Positions 46,471 to 55,316 of a stretch of DNA of 64,000 nt are shown here, one piece after another. The stretch is taken from assembly GCA_044226015.1 (NCBI GenBank), contig JBGAHS010000007.1, positions 448,001-512,000 of the forward strand, in the 5' to 3' direction. Made by a program: the position numbers and the translations under genes. The stretch comes from Candidatus Obscuribacteraceae bacterium. Lineage in GTDB: Bacteria; Cyanobacteriota; Vampirovibrionia; Obscuribacterales; Obscuribacteraceae. Position 1 is the first letter of the stretch, and each line of letters starts with the position of its first letter. A model generated the notes under the pieces. It had not been told where the DNA came from. It made no database searches and saw only the letters and a program-made list of their open reading frames with translations.

Positions 46471-48090
46471 ATGATTGCTGTTACGCAAAAGCAAAGAAGT
46501 GAAAGAGGGCAAGCCGTCGCGCTTCCTATGCTGATGTTAGGGCTGATGGTGGTAATGGTTGTTGGCATGTTTTCGTTTGAGTTGGCCAGAACTGCGGTGG
46601 CTAGAGAGCAGCTTCGCACAGCCACCGAGGCGGCAGCACTTGCCGGAGCCGCCACCCTGGCTGGTTCGCCATCCACTGATATTTCCATTTCGCAGAAGAA
46701 TGCAATTTCGGCTGCCAAAGCGATGTTCAAGCAAAATGAAATCTTTGGTACTTCGTTAAAAAATACCACCGAAGGTTCAAGCAAGTTGCAAGCTGAACAA
46801 GCGAATTTGACTTTTCAATTCATAGACCCACAGAACAATAATGCACCAGTTGCCGCAGGTGACCCAAAGGGAAAAGCTCTCGAAGTGAAATCGGCTTATG
46901 GACTGCCATCAGTGGCTGGAAAGTTGATCGGATTGGGTAATGCAACTCTCCCTCTCGAATCAAGAGCCACCGGTGGCGTCGGGCAGCTCGACGTTGTGTT
47001 CTGTTTTGATTGTTCTGGTTCAATGAGATTTCACACTTTCACAACATCAGTTAAGAGAACATGGAATGCGACTACCGGAAAGATTGATTATGTCGAAACT
47101 TCGCATACCAGTTATAGTCCGAGTGGTGGCATGGAGCCACAACAACTTTACTCGTTAAACGCAGCGCTTCGTGGCGAAAACGATAATGCTAAACCTGGTA
47201 ATTTTCCTCCTGGAGTTGCAACAGACGATGGTTTCACCGATCAGGTCGTTAACTTCAATGAGCAAAACAGCTTTTCGAGTACATCTGAAGGTGGTTTTGA
47301 TTTCCCTAATGTGGCGGTTCTTGTCGAAGCTTCGAGGGGAAATCTTGAGAGCGATGCCGTTTTTCAATCCAGCGGTGCCAACACAACCCTTCGTGGAATA
47401 GTCACACCAAAAGCCGGTTACCAGGCTAAGTATTTCGAATTGGCTCGCAAGCACACGCATCCATGGGCAGAGGCTGAGTCTGCTGCACAAGAGTTCTTTT
47501 CTCTGATGAGCAATAACACCAGAGCTCATTTTGGTCTGGTGGCATTTAACCAGGCTGCTGGTCAAAACGAACAAACAAAATTTAATGACATGCGTGTCGG
47601 ATCTGGCTATCCACAAGGTGGCGCTAAAGATTTCCCCTTGCCTGCAATCTCGTTGAAACCTGAGCAAGATAAAACAAATGCTAATGAAGTAAAGGCTGCA
47701 GTCGGAACCCTTGTTCCAGACGGTAATACCAATATTGGTGCCTCGATAGAAAGAGCAAATAGAATGTTTGAAGATAAGACAAGCCGTCCTAATGCGAAGC
47801 GCGCAATCGTATTATTTACAGATGGAACTCCATCACAAGGACAACCTCTAAGTGGAGACCCTCTACAAAATTGCCGACTAGCTGCTCAGCAGTCAAAACA
47901 AAAGGGCGTTGCGATTTACTCTGTTGGTTTAGCGCTTGACCCTTCCGAACTCCAGAGTCAGAAAAGTGTTTTGACAATGATCACCAATACAGCAGGAAAT
48001 GGCGGTCAATTCTTTCAAGTAACCAACGCATCGAATTTGAATAGAGCGTTCGGCGCAATCGCAAGAAATCTAACCCAAATTGTTCAGTAG
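46471..48090 (+). CDS. TadG-like pilus protein with VWA domain
   Basis: RSERGQAV pilin-like N-terminus, L..ATEAAALAGA, DCSGSM MIDAS, TNIG and LFTDG. Confidence 0.82.
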   Translation: MIAVTQKQRSERGQAVALPMLMLGLMVVMVVGMFSFELARTAVAREQLRTATEAAALAGAATLAGSPSTDISISQKNAISAAKAMFKQNEIFGTSLKNTTEGSSKLQAEQANLTFQFIDPQNNNAPVAAGDPKGKALEVKSAYGLPSVAGKLIGLGNATLPLESRATGGVGQLDVVFCFDCSGSMRFHTFTTSVKRTWNATTGKIDYVETSHTSYSPSGGMEPQQLYSLNAALRGENDNAKPGNFPPGVATDDGFTDQVVNFNEQNSFSSTSEGGFDFPNVAVLVEASRGNLESDAVFQSSGANTTLRGIVTPKAGYQAKYFELARKHTHPWAEAESAAQEFFSLMSNNTRAHFGLVAFNQAAGQNEQTKFNDMRVGSGYPQGGAKDFPLPAISLKPEQDKTNANEVKAAVGTLVPDGNTNIGASIERANRMFEDKTSRPNAKRAIVLFTDGTPSQGQPLSGDPLQNCRLAAQQSKQKGVAIYSVGLALDPSELQSQKSVLTMITNTAGNGGQFFQVTNASNLNRAFGAIARNLTQIVQ

Positions 48091-48118
48091 TTTGAAATAC
48101 ACCAAAAGGAATTACAAA

Positions 48119-48646
48119 ATGTTCAGTCGCAAGAGAAATTCAAAAGGGAGTTCGATTCTGGAATTGCCAGCAGCATTGTGGTTAACATTGGTTGTCTTCC
48201 TATTGCCCCTCATGTCCCTCGCTTCCATAACCTTGCGTTGTACGCTTTTGAATGTGGCAGTTCTAGAGTCGGTTCATGCAGCATCAAAGGCACGGACATT
48301 CGAACAAAGCAGTGACGAGGGTGCTTCCGCTATTCAGTTAGCAGACCAAGCCTTCGAAAGATATGTCAAAGCTTTTCCAGGACTTGATGCGGACAAAGTA
48401 AAGTTGCGCATCGTCAGCACCGATATTAAGTCTGGTGCAATAAGCAGCACTAATGAGAAGCTAAAGAACCCAGCTGACAGTTCTGGTTTTGTGTATCAAG
48501 TCGAAGGTGATTGCACAGGAAAAATTGAGCCCGTGTTTGCCATGAGTCGGGACATACTCGGTGATATTCCGGGACTGTCCTCGGCAATGAAAGTTAGCTT
48601 CAGTGCTAGAGAAATGTGTGAGAACCCCCAGGGGTTAAATCGTTAA
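48119..48646 (+). CDS. TadE-like pseudopilin
   Basis: RNSKG/SSILE followed by a hydrophobic helix; AAGGA SD. Confidence 0.7.
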   Translation: MFSRKRNSKGSSILELPAALWLTLVVFLLPLMSLASITLRCTLLNVAVLESVHAASKARTFEQSSDEGASAIQLADQAFERYVKAFPGLDADKVKLRIVSTDIKSGAISSTNEKLKNPADSSGFVYQVEGDCTGKIEPVFAMSRDILGDIPGLSSAMKVSFSAREMCENPQGLNR

Positions 48647-48704
48647 AAGAATGACTGATTGTATTCGAAAGAGTTTTGGAAAAAAGATTGAAAGGAATTT
48701 TGAA

Positions 48705-49175
48705 ATGAAAAGACGTGTTATGAAAGTGAATCGGAAGAACTCTCGTGGATCTGTTGCGATCGAGATTGCAGCTGGAGCACTTGTTTCGATAGGGTTGATG
48801 GCATTGGCACTCAATGTTTGTTTCGGTATGTTGGCTTATGGCGTCAATGATCGCGCTTGTCGCGAAGCTGCTCGAGCTGCAGCGCAGCAAAGTACACTGG
48901 CTTCAGCCAGCAGCATTGCAAAATACGTTGTGAATGGCTTCAATCAGAATAACTCATACATGAATAAAATTCAGGTTACACGCGTTGTGTTCACCGACTT
49001 CAATGGTCTTCCGCCTGAAGATCAAAGTCCATTTGTTTCTGTCACCACAAGCTCCTCGGTAGCCACACCTGCACCTATCGCTTTCTTCGGTCAAAAAGTG
49101 TTTGGCGAATCGATTCCTGTTCAGAAGACTTATACGTTTCCAATCGTTCGTCTGAATGTAAACACCAACTCCTGA
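48705..49175 (+). CDS. TadE-like pseudopilin
   Basis: SRG/SVAIE, hydrophobic helix and ACREAARAAA. Confidence 0.75.
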   Translation: MKRRVMKVNRKNSRGSVAIEIAAGALVSIGLMALALNVCFGMLAYGVNDRACREAARAAAQQSTLASASSIAKYVVNGFNQNNSYMNKIQVTRVVFTDFNGLPPEDQSPFVSVTTSSSVATPAPIAFFGQKVFGESIPVQKTYTFPIVRLNVNTNS

Positions 49176-49239
49176 AATTCTGCAATGAAGCGCAATCAAG
49201 CTTCACTGTCATTTTGAGAAGGCAAGCGGAGCAGGAAAA

Positions 49240-49485
49240 TTAGCCGCGTGGTTTGAAGGTTCGCACATTAGTGTCGCTGGGGCGAGATTCCTGATCATCA
49301 CCAGGCAGTCTTTGCCAGCTCAAAACAGCGACAGGAGAGTCTGCCCTTAACCCATTCGTCAGGCGAATTTGTTTTTGAAATTCCATCACGTCTTTTGTGC
49401 TACTGACCTCTTCTGATTCGAGCCAGAAAGTGGCTGAGGCAATTGCGCCGTCGAAAGAATAAGCAACGTGATAACCGTATCGCAA
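49240..49485 (-). CDS. Small hypothetical protein
   Basis: AGGAG SD before a TTG start; 81 aa. Confidence 0.5.
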   Translation of the reverse strand: MRYGYHVAYSFDGAIASATFWLESEEVSSTKDVMEFQKQIRLTNGLRADSPVAVLSWQRLPGDDQESRPSDTNVRTFKPRG

Positions 49486-49652
49486 CTTGATAACTCCTGA
49501 GCAGACTTTGTGATTATAGTCCTCAAGACTAAATTAGTGGTGAATTTTTGCCAACGTGACGTTCTAGCAGCGATACGCGCCAGAAGCGATTGTCGCTCCA
49601 GTTCCTGAAATGGTCGGTTTGCTTGTGAATTCCGGTTCCAATTTGTCAAAGT

Positions 49653-49681
49653 AAAACGGAGCAGTGCGGGCTGCTCCGTTT
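49653..49681 (-). terminator. Intrinsic terminator
   Basis: AAACGGAGCAG/CTGCTCCGTTT stem with a U-tract on the minus strand, just after the 49702 stop. Confidence 0.65.
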
Positions 49682-49701
49682 AAGATAAGGCATTATTATT
49701 C

Positions 49702-50418
49702 TTATTCTTTCTCGCTCTTGAAACGTGGGTCGATGTGACCCAGTCCTGGCTTGAATGGAAATGGTTTTTCTAAATATGGCATCAGCTTAACTTCTTTGAT
49801 CTTCACTGTGTGACCATCGCGTGTGACTGACTGAATACCGCCATCGTTGAATTTGACAACGGCACCATCCTTAAATTCTACAGTCGTGTTTCCGTTTCTG
49901 TCTGTGGTGGACTTTGAAACATCACCATCAATCTTGTACGTTCCATCAGGGTTTACTGTGATGCTGTCACCATCTTTTGAGATGAAACCATGTGTATCGC
50001 CTTTTTTCACTACATAGTCACCAGTCGATAGCTTCTCAACACCATCTTTGTGAATGAACTTCAGCTCGGAGTCGAGGTCTTTAAGCATTCCCTCAGAGCC
50101 TTTGCCGAATGGGTTATTTGGTTTTTGGTTATCACCGACACGCGGAATAGGTCCGTGGCAATCGGAGGTTGCATTTCCATTTTCATCATATGTAGTGATG
50201 ATGCCATGCTTTTCGCCACTGTTCCCAATCGACAAGCCAGGCAAATGCTCCATACTACTCATGCTGCCGCTCTTAGATAATGAGTCTGCAATGCCACCAA
50301 CTTTTGATGCTGCGTTCATTGCGTCATTTGTCAGAGCTTCTCTTGCTGAAGCATTAGGATTTTCGTTTCTTGCTTCGTTCTTAGCTTCTTGTTTCTCTTG
50401 TACATTCTCAGCTGCCAT
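49702..50418 (-). CDS. Hypothetical protein with beta-hairpin repeats
   Basis: AAGGAG SD; repeated DG/NG turn motifs; no signal peptide. Confidence 0.7.
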   Translation of the reverse strand: MAAENVQEKQEAKNEARNENPNASAREALTNDAMNAASKVGGIADSLSKSGSMSSMEHLPGLSIGNSGEKHGIITTYDENGNATSDCHGPIPRVGDNQKPNNPFGKGSEGMLKDLDSELKFIHKDGVEKLSTGDYVVKKGDTHGFISKDGDSITVNPDGTYKIDGDVSKSTTDRNGNTTVEFKDGAVVKFNDGGIQSVTRDGHTVKIKEVKLMPYLEKPFPFKPGLGHIDPRFKSEKE

Positions 50419-50798
50419 AGTAATGCGCTCCTTCCGATTTGGGAACCAAATTCAATTCCCTGCCCATGAAAATATTATGTTGTGTTTGACTAAATGACTC
50501 CACAAGGACCCGCGTAAACAGACTGCGTAATTCCGCAAAGCTTTGGGGGACAACATGTTTGTGCATTGTTGAAGTTCGGGGGCCACACCTTTGTGCAGTT
50601 TGTATTTTTTTTTGTTGCATATTAGTGCAATCTCTACTGGTATTCATTTCGGAAGCGAAAAAAGTATAAGAATTGAAGACGATACCCCACAAAATTCGGG
50701 TTTTTGCCAGCAGCTTGGGGGAACCCTTTATAGTCGCCTGTTGCTCACTCCTATAAAATTAGGAGTGAGGCAAGTATCTTCGGTAATTCATCATTTCT

Positions 50799-51482
50799 TT
50801 GATTATGTTAGAGGCGAATATAAACTCTTTTTCTGGAGTTGAAGGAACTTTGGTTCCGGCATCGTTTGCTGCGATTCCGACGTCGGAATTGCTGAGTCAG
50901 GCAAAGAATCAGAATGAGTTGGCGTTTTCTGAGTTGATGAAGCGCCATAAGAGTTTCATAGATTGCAAGGTACAGAAGTTCGCCCCAGACTGGAATTCTC
51001 GCGTTGAACTCACTGATAAAGTGAACGAGCAAGTTCGTTTGTTGATATCTGAAGTCAGTGCTGTTTCTGATTTGAAGGTTTGGCTGGAGAAGTTGATTCA
51101 ACGTGTATTTTTCGATGAGTTGAAGAGAAAAGAGGCGATGGATCGAGCTGACGGCAATAGTTTGACTGGTACAGAGTTGGTTCGTGCTAGAACTCGCACG
51201 AGCATGTGCAGTATCGAGCCGGATTACGCTGGGGAAGACAGCAAGCTCTGTGATGAAGTGTTTCGCAAGAAGGCTCTCGTGGTGTCGATGATATCGAAGC
51301 TTGAAGATGTTCCTGAGAAGCTGAAAAAGGCTCAGTTTTTGCATGATATAGAAGGATTGTCCTACGAAGAAATTTCTGAGCTCACCCATATTGACACTGA
51401 GACGCTCCAACAGAATATATGCAGTGCACGTGAAAAAATACGAGAGGGGTTGGCACCATTCTTGAGGAATGCTGCTGAGTAG
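50799..51482 (+). CDS. ECF sigma factor-like protein (SigG-like, degenerate)
   Basis: AFSELMKRH…APDW…WL..L…FFDELKR, and L.DIEGLSYEEISEL. Confidence 0.7.
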   Translation: MIMLEANINSFSGVEGTLVPASFAAIPTSELLSQAKNQNELAFSELMKRHKSFIDCKVQKFAPDWNSRVELTDKVNEQVRLLISEVSAVSDLKVWLEKLIQRVFFDELKRKEAMDRADGNSLTGTELVRARTRTSMCSIEPDYAGEDSKLCDEVFRKKALVVSMISKLEDVPEKLKKAQFLHDIEGLSYEEISELTHIDTETLQQNICSAREKIREGLAPFLRNAAE

Positions 51483-51781
51483 TTCTAATTCTCTCGAGCA
51501 TGTGGCTATCCGTGGTTGCACTGATTTTTAGCAGAACGTTTGTTTTGAGCAAGCGTTTGTTTTGAGCAAGACGTCAACGCCGTCGAGTATGGTGCGAAAT
51601 CTGAATAGTCTCCGCGCATTTGAGACGGCATCAAGCAAAATCGCTGTTGATTGGCGCAGTGCTTAAATAACAATTTTCTAGCACAAGCTGAGGAACTGCT
51701 CCGAATATTTTGAGTCTCATATGCAACTGTCGGTGACAGTATCTTGCGTACAGATATTTAGTTGCAATAAAGGAGAGCCGT

Positions 51782-51991
51782 ATGAACTGGGACCAAGTCA
51801 AAGGTGACTGGAAAACGTTTTCTGGAAAAGTAAAACAGGAGTGGGGCAAGCTCACTGACGATGATTTGCAGCAAATCGATGGAAAGCGTGAAGAGTTGGT
51901 TGGACGCGTGCAAAAAGCATACGGTCAAACAAAAGAAGAAGTGGAAAAAGGTGTGGACAGCTTTTTGAACAAGTGTTCAGGAAACTGCTAG
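51782..51991 (+). CDS. csbD: CsbD-family stress protein
   Basis: MNWDQVKGDWK..GKVKQEWGKLTDDDL..IDGKREEL.G..Q..YG. Confidence 0.92.
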   Translation: MNWDQVKGDWKTFSGKVKQEWGKLTDDDLQQIDGKREELVGRVQKAYGQTKEEVEKGVDSFLNKCSGNC

Positions 51992-52006
51992 AGTCGAGCT
52001 TAAAGC

Positions 52007-52044
52007 GAAGAGCCGAAGCATGTCAGCTTCGGCTCTTCCTTTTT
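52007..52044 (+). terminator. Intrinsic terminator after csbD
   Basis: GAAGAGCCGAAGC/GCTTCGGCTCTTC stem followed by CTTTTT. Confidence 0.8.
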
Positions 52045-52130
52045 CCAGAGTTGAAACTAGTTTCTGGTTGATCTAGTTTCTGGTTGAATTCTTTTTCCAG
52101 AGTTGAGATCAACTTTCTAGTTGAATCTAG
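52040..52130. repeat. Short degenerate repeats (TTTTTCCAGAGTTGA x2; CTAGTTTCTGGTTGA x2)
   Basis: Read directly from the sequence. Confidence 0.6.
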
Positions 52131-52216
52131 TGAGCCGTTCGAATGTCAGACTCAATTCGGTCCCATTTTGTGAAACCTGAGAATGTGTATCTTGTTTCGG
52201 TCACACATTCTTTGTG

Positions 52217-53197
52217 TTATTTCGCCTGTTGTTCGAGATATGCGTCCAGTTTGTCGAACGAACCAGTGAATCCTTGCGTCATGCCACCACGAGACTTGAT
52301 GAACGTATCCACTTCCTCCTGGTTGAAATTGCCCCATGGCTGCCAATTAATTGTTACGCGTGTCTGGTTGGGACCTTCAGCAGTGAAATAAACTATTGTC
52401 TTCATTGATTCTGGCCAGGTGGGCGCGAAAGGATGGCGAGAGATGTTTCCCTTTTCGTCGAGAAACTCCTGCGTGTAAATCATTTTTGTTGGTTTGTGGA
52501 ACTCAAGATAGTGGCACTGTCCATACATCGTGACACCAGCGCCATTGCTCATTTCGTACACCGACGTTCCACCCTCTTTCACTTCTGCGCGCTTGTAAGT
52601 CATTGTGAAACCGGTTGGTGCCAGCCATTGTGCAATGTGTTTTGGATCAACCCACATCTCCCACATAAGTTCGATGGGTGCCTCGAAAGATCTGTTAATG
52701 ACAAAAAAGTCTTTGCCCGATCGTGTTTTTTCGAGGAATTCTGCGAGTCGATCCCACGTAGTATCGCCACCAGCTTTCTTGATGAAGGCTCTTGTGTTCT
52801 CTGCAGCTTCGGGAGATGACAGGGTCATCGTCATATCCATTTTTGTTTTTCCGTTTGATTCGGAAAAAAGAACCGTGACGCGAAACATTGGTTCTGTTGT
52901 CTCGGTTGCACCGTGGTCATAAACCATTTTCTTGTGTTGTTCGATCTCGAGGTATTTTGTGAGGTTTGGATAATCCTTGCCATCTGGACCGTGCATCACA
53001 TACTTCCATGTGCCACCAACCCTGAAATCCTTACTTTCGGTCGTGATTGTAAATCCTCTTGGACCCCACCATTTAGCAACTTGTTCGGGGTCGGCCCATG
53101 CATCCCACACCAGATTTAGTGGCGCATCAAATTCACGCAATAGTTTGATGTCTGCTGATTTATTCATCGTTGGCATTACTTTTTCCTTTTGCTGCAT
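52217..53197 (-). CDS. Tandem SRPBCC/AHSA1-domain protein
   Basis: Two domains: REFDAP..LVWDAW.DP….WWGP and RSFEAP…MW.DP.HI.QW..P. Confidence 0.88.
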   Translation of the reverse strand: MQQKEKVMPTMNKSADIKLLREFDAPLNLVWDAWADPEQVAKWWGPRGFTITTESKDFRVGGTWKYVMHGPDGKDYPNLTKYLEIEQHKKMVYDHGATETTEPMFRVTVLFSESNGKTKMDMTMTLSSPEAAENTRAFIKKAGGDTTWDRLAEFLEKTRSGKDFFVINRSFEAPIELMWEMWVDPKHIAQWLAPTGFTMTYKRAEVKEGGTSVYEMSNGAGVTMYGQCHYLEFHKPTKMIYTQEFLDEKGNISRHPFAPTWPESMKTIVYFTAEGPNQTRVTINWQPWGNFNQEEVDTFIKSRGGMTQGFTGSFDKLDAYLEQQAK

Positions 53198-53525
53198 TTT
53201 CCGACATGATTTGTTTTAGATGGGCATCGAGTCTATCGAAACTCTCTTCCCAGAACACTTTGTATTCCTCGAGCCATTCAGCGACTTCTTGAAACCCAGC
53301 TTGATTGAGTTTGCATTGGCGCCACTGAGCTTCGCGAGTCTTACTTATAAGACCTGCATTTTCCAGTACCTTTAGATGCTTAGTTATCGCTGGCAAGCTC
53401 ATATCATTTAAGAACGGCTCCGCAAGCTCTGAGACACTGGCTTCCCCATTTGAAAGACGAGCAATAATTGCTCGTCTGGTTGGATCGGCGAGTGCTGAGA
53501 AAACTAGGCTTAATTGATCTTGCAC
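53160..53525 (-). CDS. ArsR/SmtB-family transcriptional regulator
   Basis: FSALADPTRRAI, SLPAITKHLKVLE.AGLI and FWEESFDRL. Confidence 0.92.
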   Translation of the reverse strand: MQDQLSLVFSALADPTRRAIIARLSNGEASVSELAEPFLNDMSLPAITKHLKVLENAGLISKTREAQWRQCKLNQAGFQEVAEWLEEYKVFWEESFDRLDAHLKQIMSENAAKGKSNANDE

Positions 53526-53530
53526 GGTAT

Positions 53531-53591
53531 TTAACCTGGCGGTTAATTAACTCATAGGTTTAATATACGATCTTTAGAGGGTTTCTGTCAA
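53531..53591 (-). promoter_or_regulatory. arsR promoter with palindromic operator
   Basis: Minus strand TTGACA (53591-53586), 18 nt, TATATT (53567-53562); palindrome TTAACC-N4-GGTTAA at 53531-53546. Confidence 0.65.
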
Positions 53592-53632
53592 GAAAGTTTT
53601 GAGAACATTGTGTGTGTTGGCCTTCAAGATTC

Positions 53633-53930
53633 TGACTCCCGAACCCGAACCCGAACCCGAACCCGAACCCGAACCCGAACCCGAACCCGAGTGGTGAACC
53701 CCATCCCGAGATTCCGACCCGAACCCGAGTGATGAACAGAATCCCGAGACCCCGACTCCGTACCAGAGTGATTAACCCGAATCCCGAGATTCCGACTTCC
53801 GAACCCGAGTGATGAACAGAATCCCGAGACCCCGACTCCGTACCAGAGTGATTAACCCGAATCCCGAGATCCCGACTCCCGAACCCGAATCTCGATGCCG
53901 CGACTCCCGAACCCGAGTGATGAACCTGAG
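53633..53930. repeat. (CCCGAA)8 microsatellite followed by ~40-bp units forming an 80-bp higher-order repeat
   Basis: Eight perfect hexamers at 53638-53685; 53719-53798 is nearly identical to 53799-53878. Confidence 0.92.
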
Positions 53931-54017
53931 TCCCTATGCCCGATTGCCTGGTCCTGGGCTGAGAGTGTCGACGATGCTCTCGTCACTAAAGATATCGCCG
54001 CATCCACCCGTGGAGGC

Positions 54018-55316
54018 TTACTTCTTCTCTTCAGGTTTGAGATCTTCAGCGCTTGCTGGAATCGGATTGACTTTCGTTCCAGGCTGTAATGAATCATCGC
54101 CTTTTACCGTGATGGTATCACCTTCATGAATATCGCCAAAAATTTCGACCATATTACCCATGAGCTGTCCGCGCTGTACCTTTACCCACTCAATTTCGTT
54201 GTTTGCGTTTATTTTGTCCACGAATGTCTCAAGTGTTGAAGTGGTATCAACTGCCTGTGTTGGAACGAAGCAGGATGCGTTTTTGCGTTTACTTGGCCAG
54301 AATACTTCGCAGAACATGCCCGGCATAATTTTGCCATCAGTGTTCCAATAATTCAGCTCGACCGGCATGGTGCGTGTTTTCTCTTCCAGATAATTGCCGA
54401 TTCTTGCAACTGTTCCGACAAACTTTTCTCCCGGGTGCGTTGAAACTGTGAATTCAACTTTTGCGCCTGGCTCAACTGCACTAACCACCACTTCTGGAAC
54501 CGGCGTGACTATACGCAGTAAATCGAGTTGCTGGACGTGAATAATAGGAGGGTATGCCGAGTCACCTCGTGGACCGACGAAGCTTCCGACGTGCATATTG
54601 CGGTCAGTTACGTAGCCATCGAATGGAGCTTTGATAACCAAATAGTCATTGATGTCTTTGTAGTTTTTTGCGCTCGATTTTGCTGCCAGCAAGGACTTCT
54701 TTTGCACTTCGAGCTGCTTCTCTTCAGCGGCTACATTTTGTTGCCATGCCCTGACTTTCTCTTTGTCAGCGTTCACTTTTTGTTCGAGGACAATCACTTC
54801 ATTTGCAGAGACAACACCGGGTGTTTTCGATGCTTCCTTAGTTCTCTGGTAGGTGTCATTATCACCGTCGAGTTGTGCCTGCGCTTCCAGCAATGTCGCT
54901 TTTGAAGCCGCCAGCCGCGACTCTGCCTCGGCTACACGTCCACTTGCTGCGTCTGCAGCGGAGCGTGCCTCATCTTGTCTGGCGCCCAATTCTGGTGCCA
55001 CCAAGCGAACCATTACCTGCCCTTTCTTGACTGTCGACCCTCGGTCAACTCCGATCCATTCGATGAATCCAGCAACCTTAGGATAGACTGCGACATCCTG
55101 GTATGCTCGAATTTCTCCGGGAAATTGGTCCACTCGGTTGAGCAAGTTCTTGCTCACTTTGATGACTTTAACATCAATAGGACCGTTGCTCGTCTCAGTC
55201 TCTGCACTCGGCTTCTCTTCCTTGCTGCAACCCGATAGCAGGGCGGCGGCAATGACGATTGTAAAAGCTAGTTTGCTGCTCTGGTTTTTCACGCTGCCTC
55301 TACTCTCCTCGATCAT
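54018..55316 (-). CDS. RND efflux periplasmic adaptor
   Basis: Lipobox LSGC; KVAGFI…VDRGS.VKKGQ, IKAPFDG and IMPGMF. Confidence 0.9.
   Translation of the reverse strand: MIEESRGSVKNQSSKLAFTIVIAAALLSGCSKEEKPSAETETSNGPIDVKVIKVSKNLLNRVDQFPGEIRAYQDVAVYPKVAGFIEWIGVDRGSTVKKGQVMVRLVAPELGARQDEARSAADAASGRVAEAESRLAASKATLLEAQAQLDGDNDTYQRTKEASKTPGVVSANEVIVLEQKVNADKEKVRAWQQNVAAEEKQLEVQKKSLLAAKSSAKNYKDINDYLVIKAPFDGYVTDRNMHVGSFVGPRGDSAYPPIIHVQQLDLLRIVTPVPEVVVSAVEPGAKVEFTVSTHPGEKFVGTVARIGNYLEEKTRTMPVELNYWNTDGKIMPGMFCEVFWPSKRKNASCFVPTQAVDTTSTLETFVDKINANNEIEWVKVQRGQLMGNMVEIFGDIHEGDTITVKGDDSLQPGTKVNPIPASAEDLKPEEKK

Noticed and set aside
50808..51521. 237-aa antisense ORF
   Set aside because: It is the shadow of the sigma-like gene on the opposite strand and has no recognisable motifs.
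53809..54129. ORFs over the repeat tract (and likewise 61536-62025)
   Set aside because: These are translation products of tandem repeats, lacking SD and protein-like composition.
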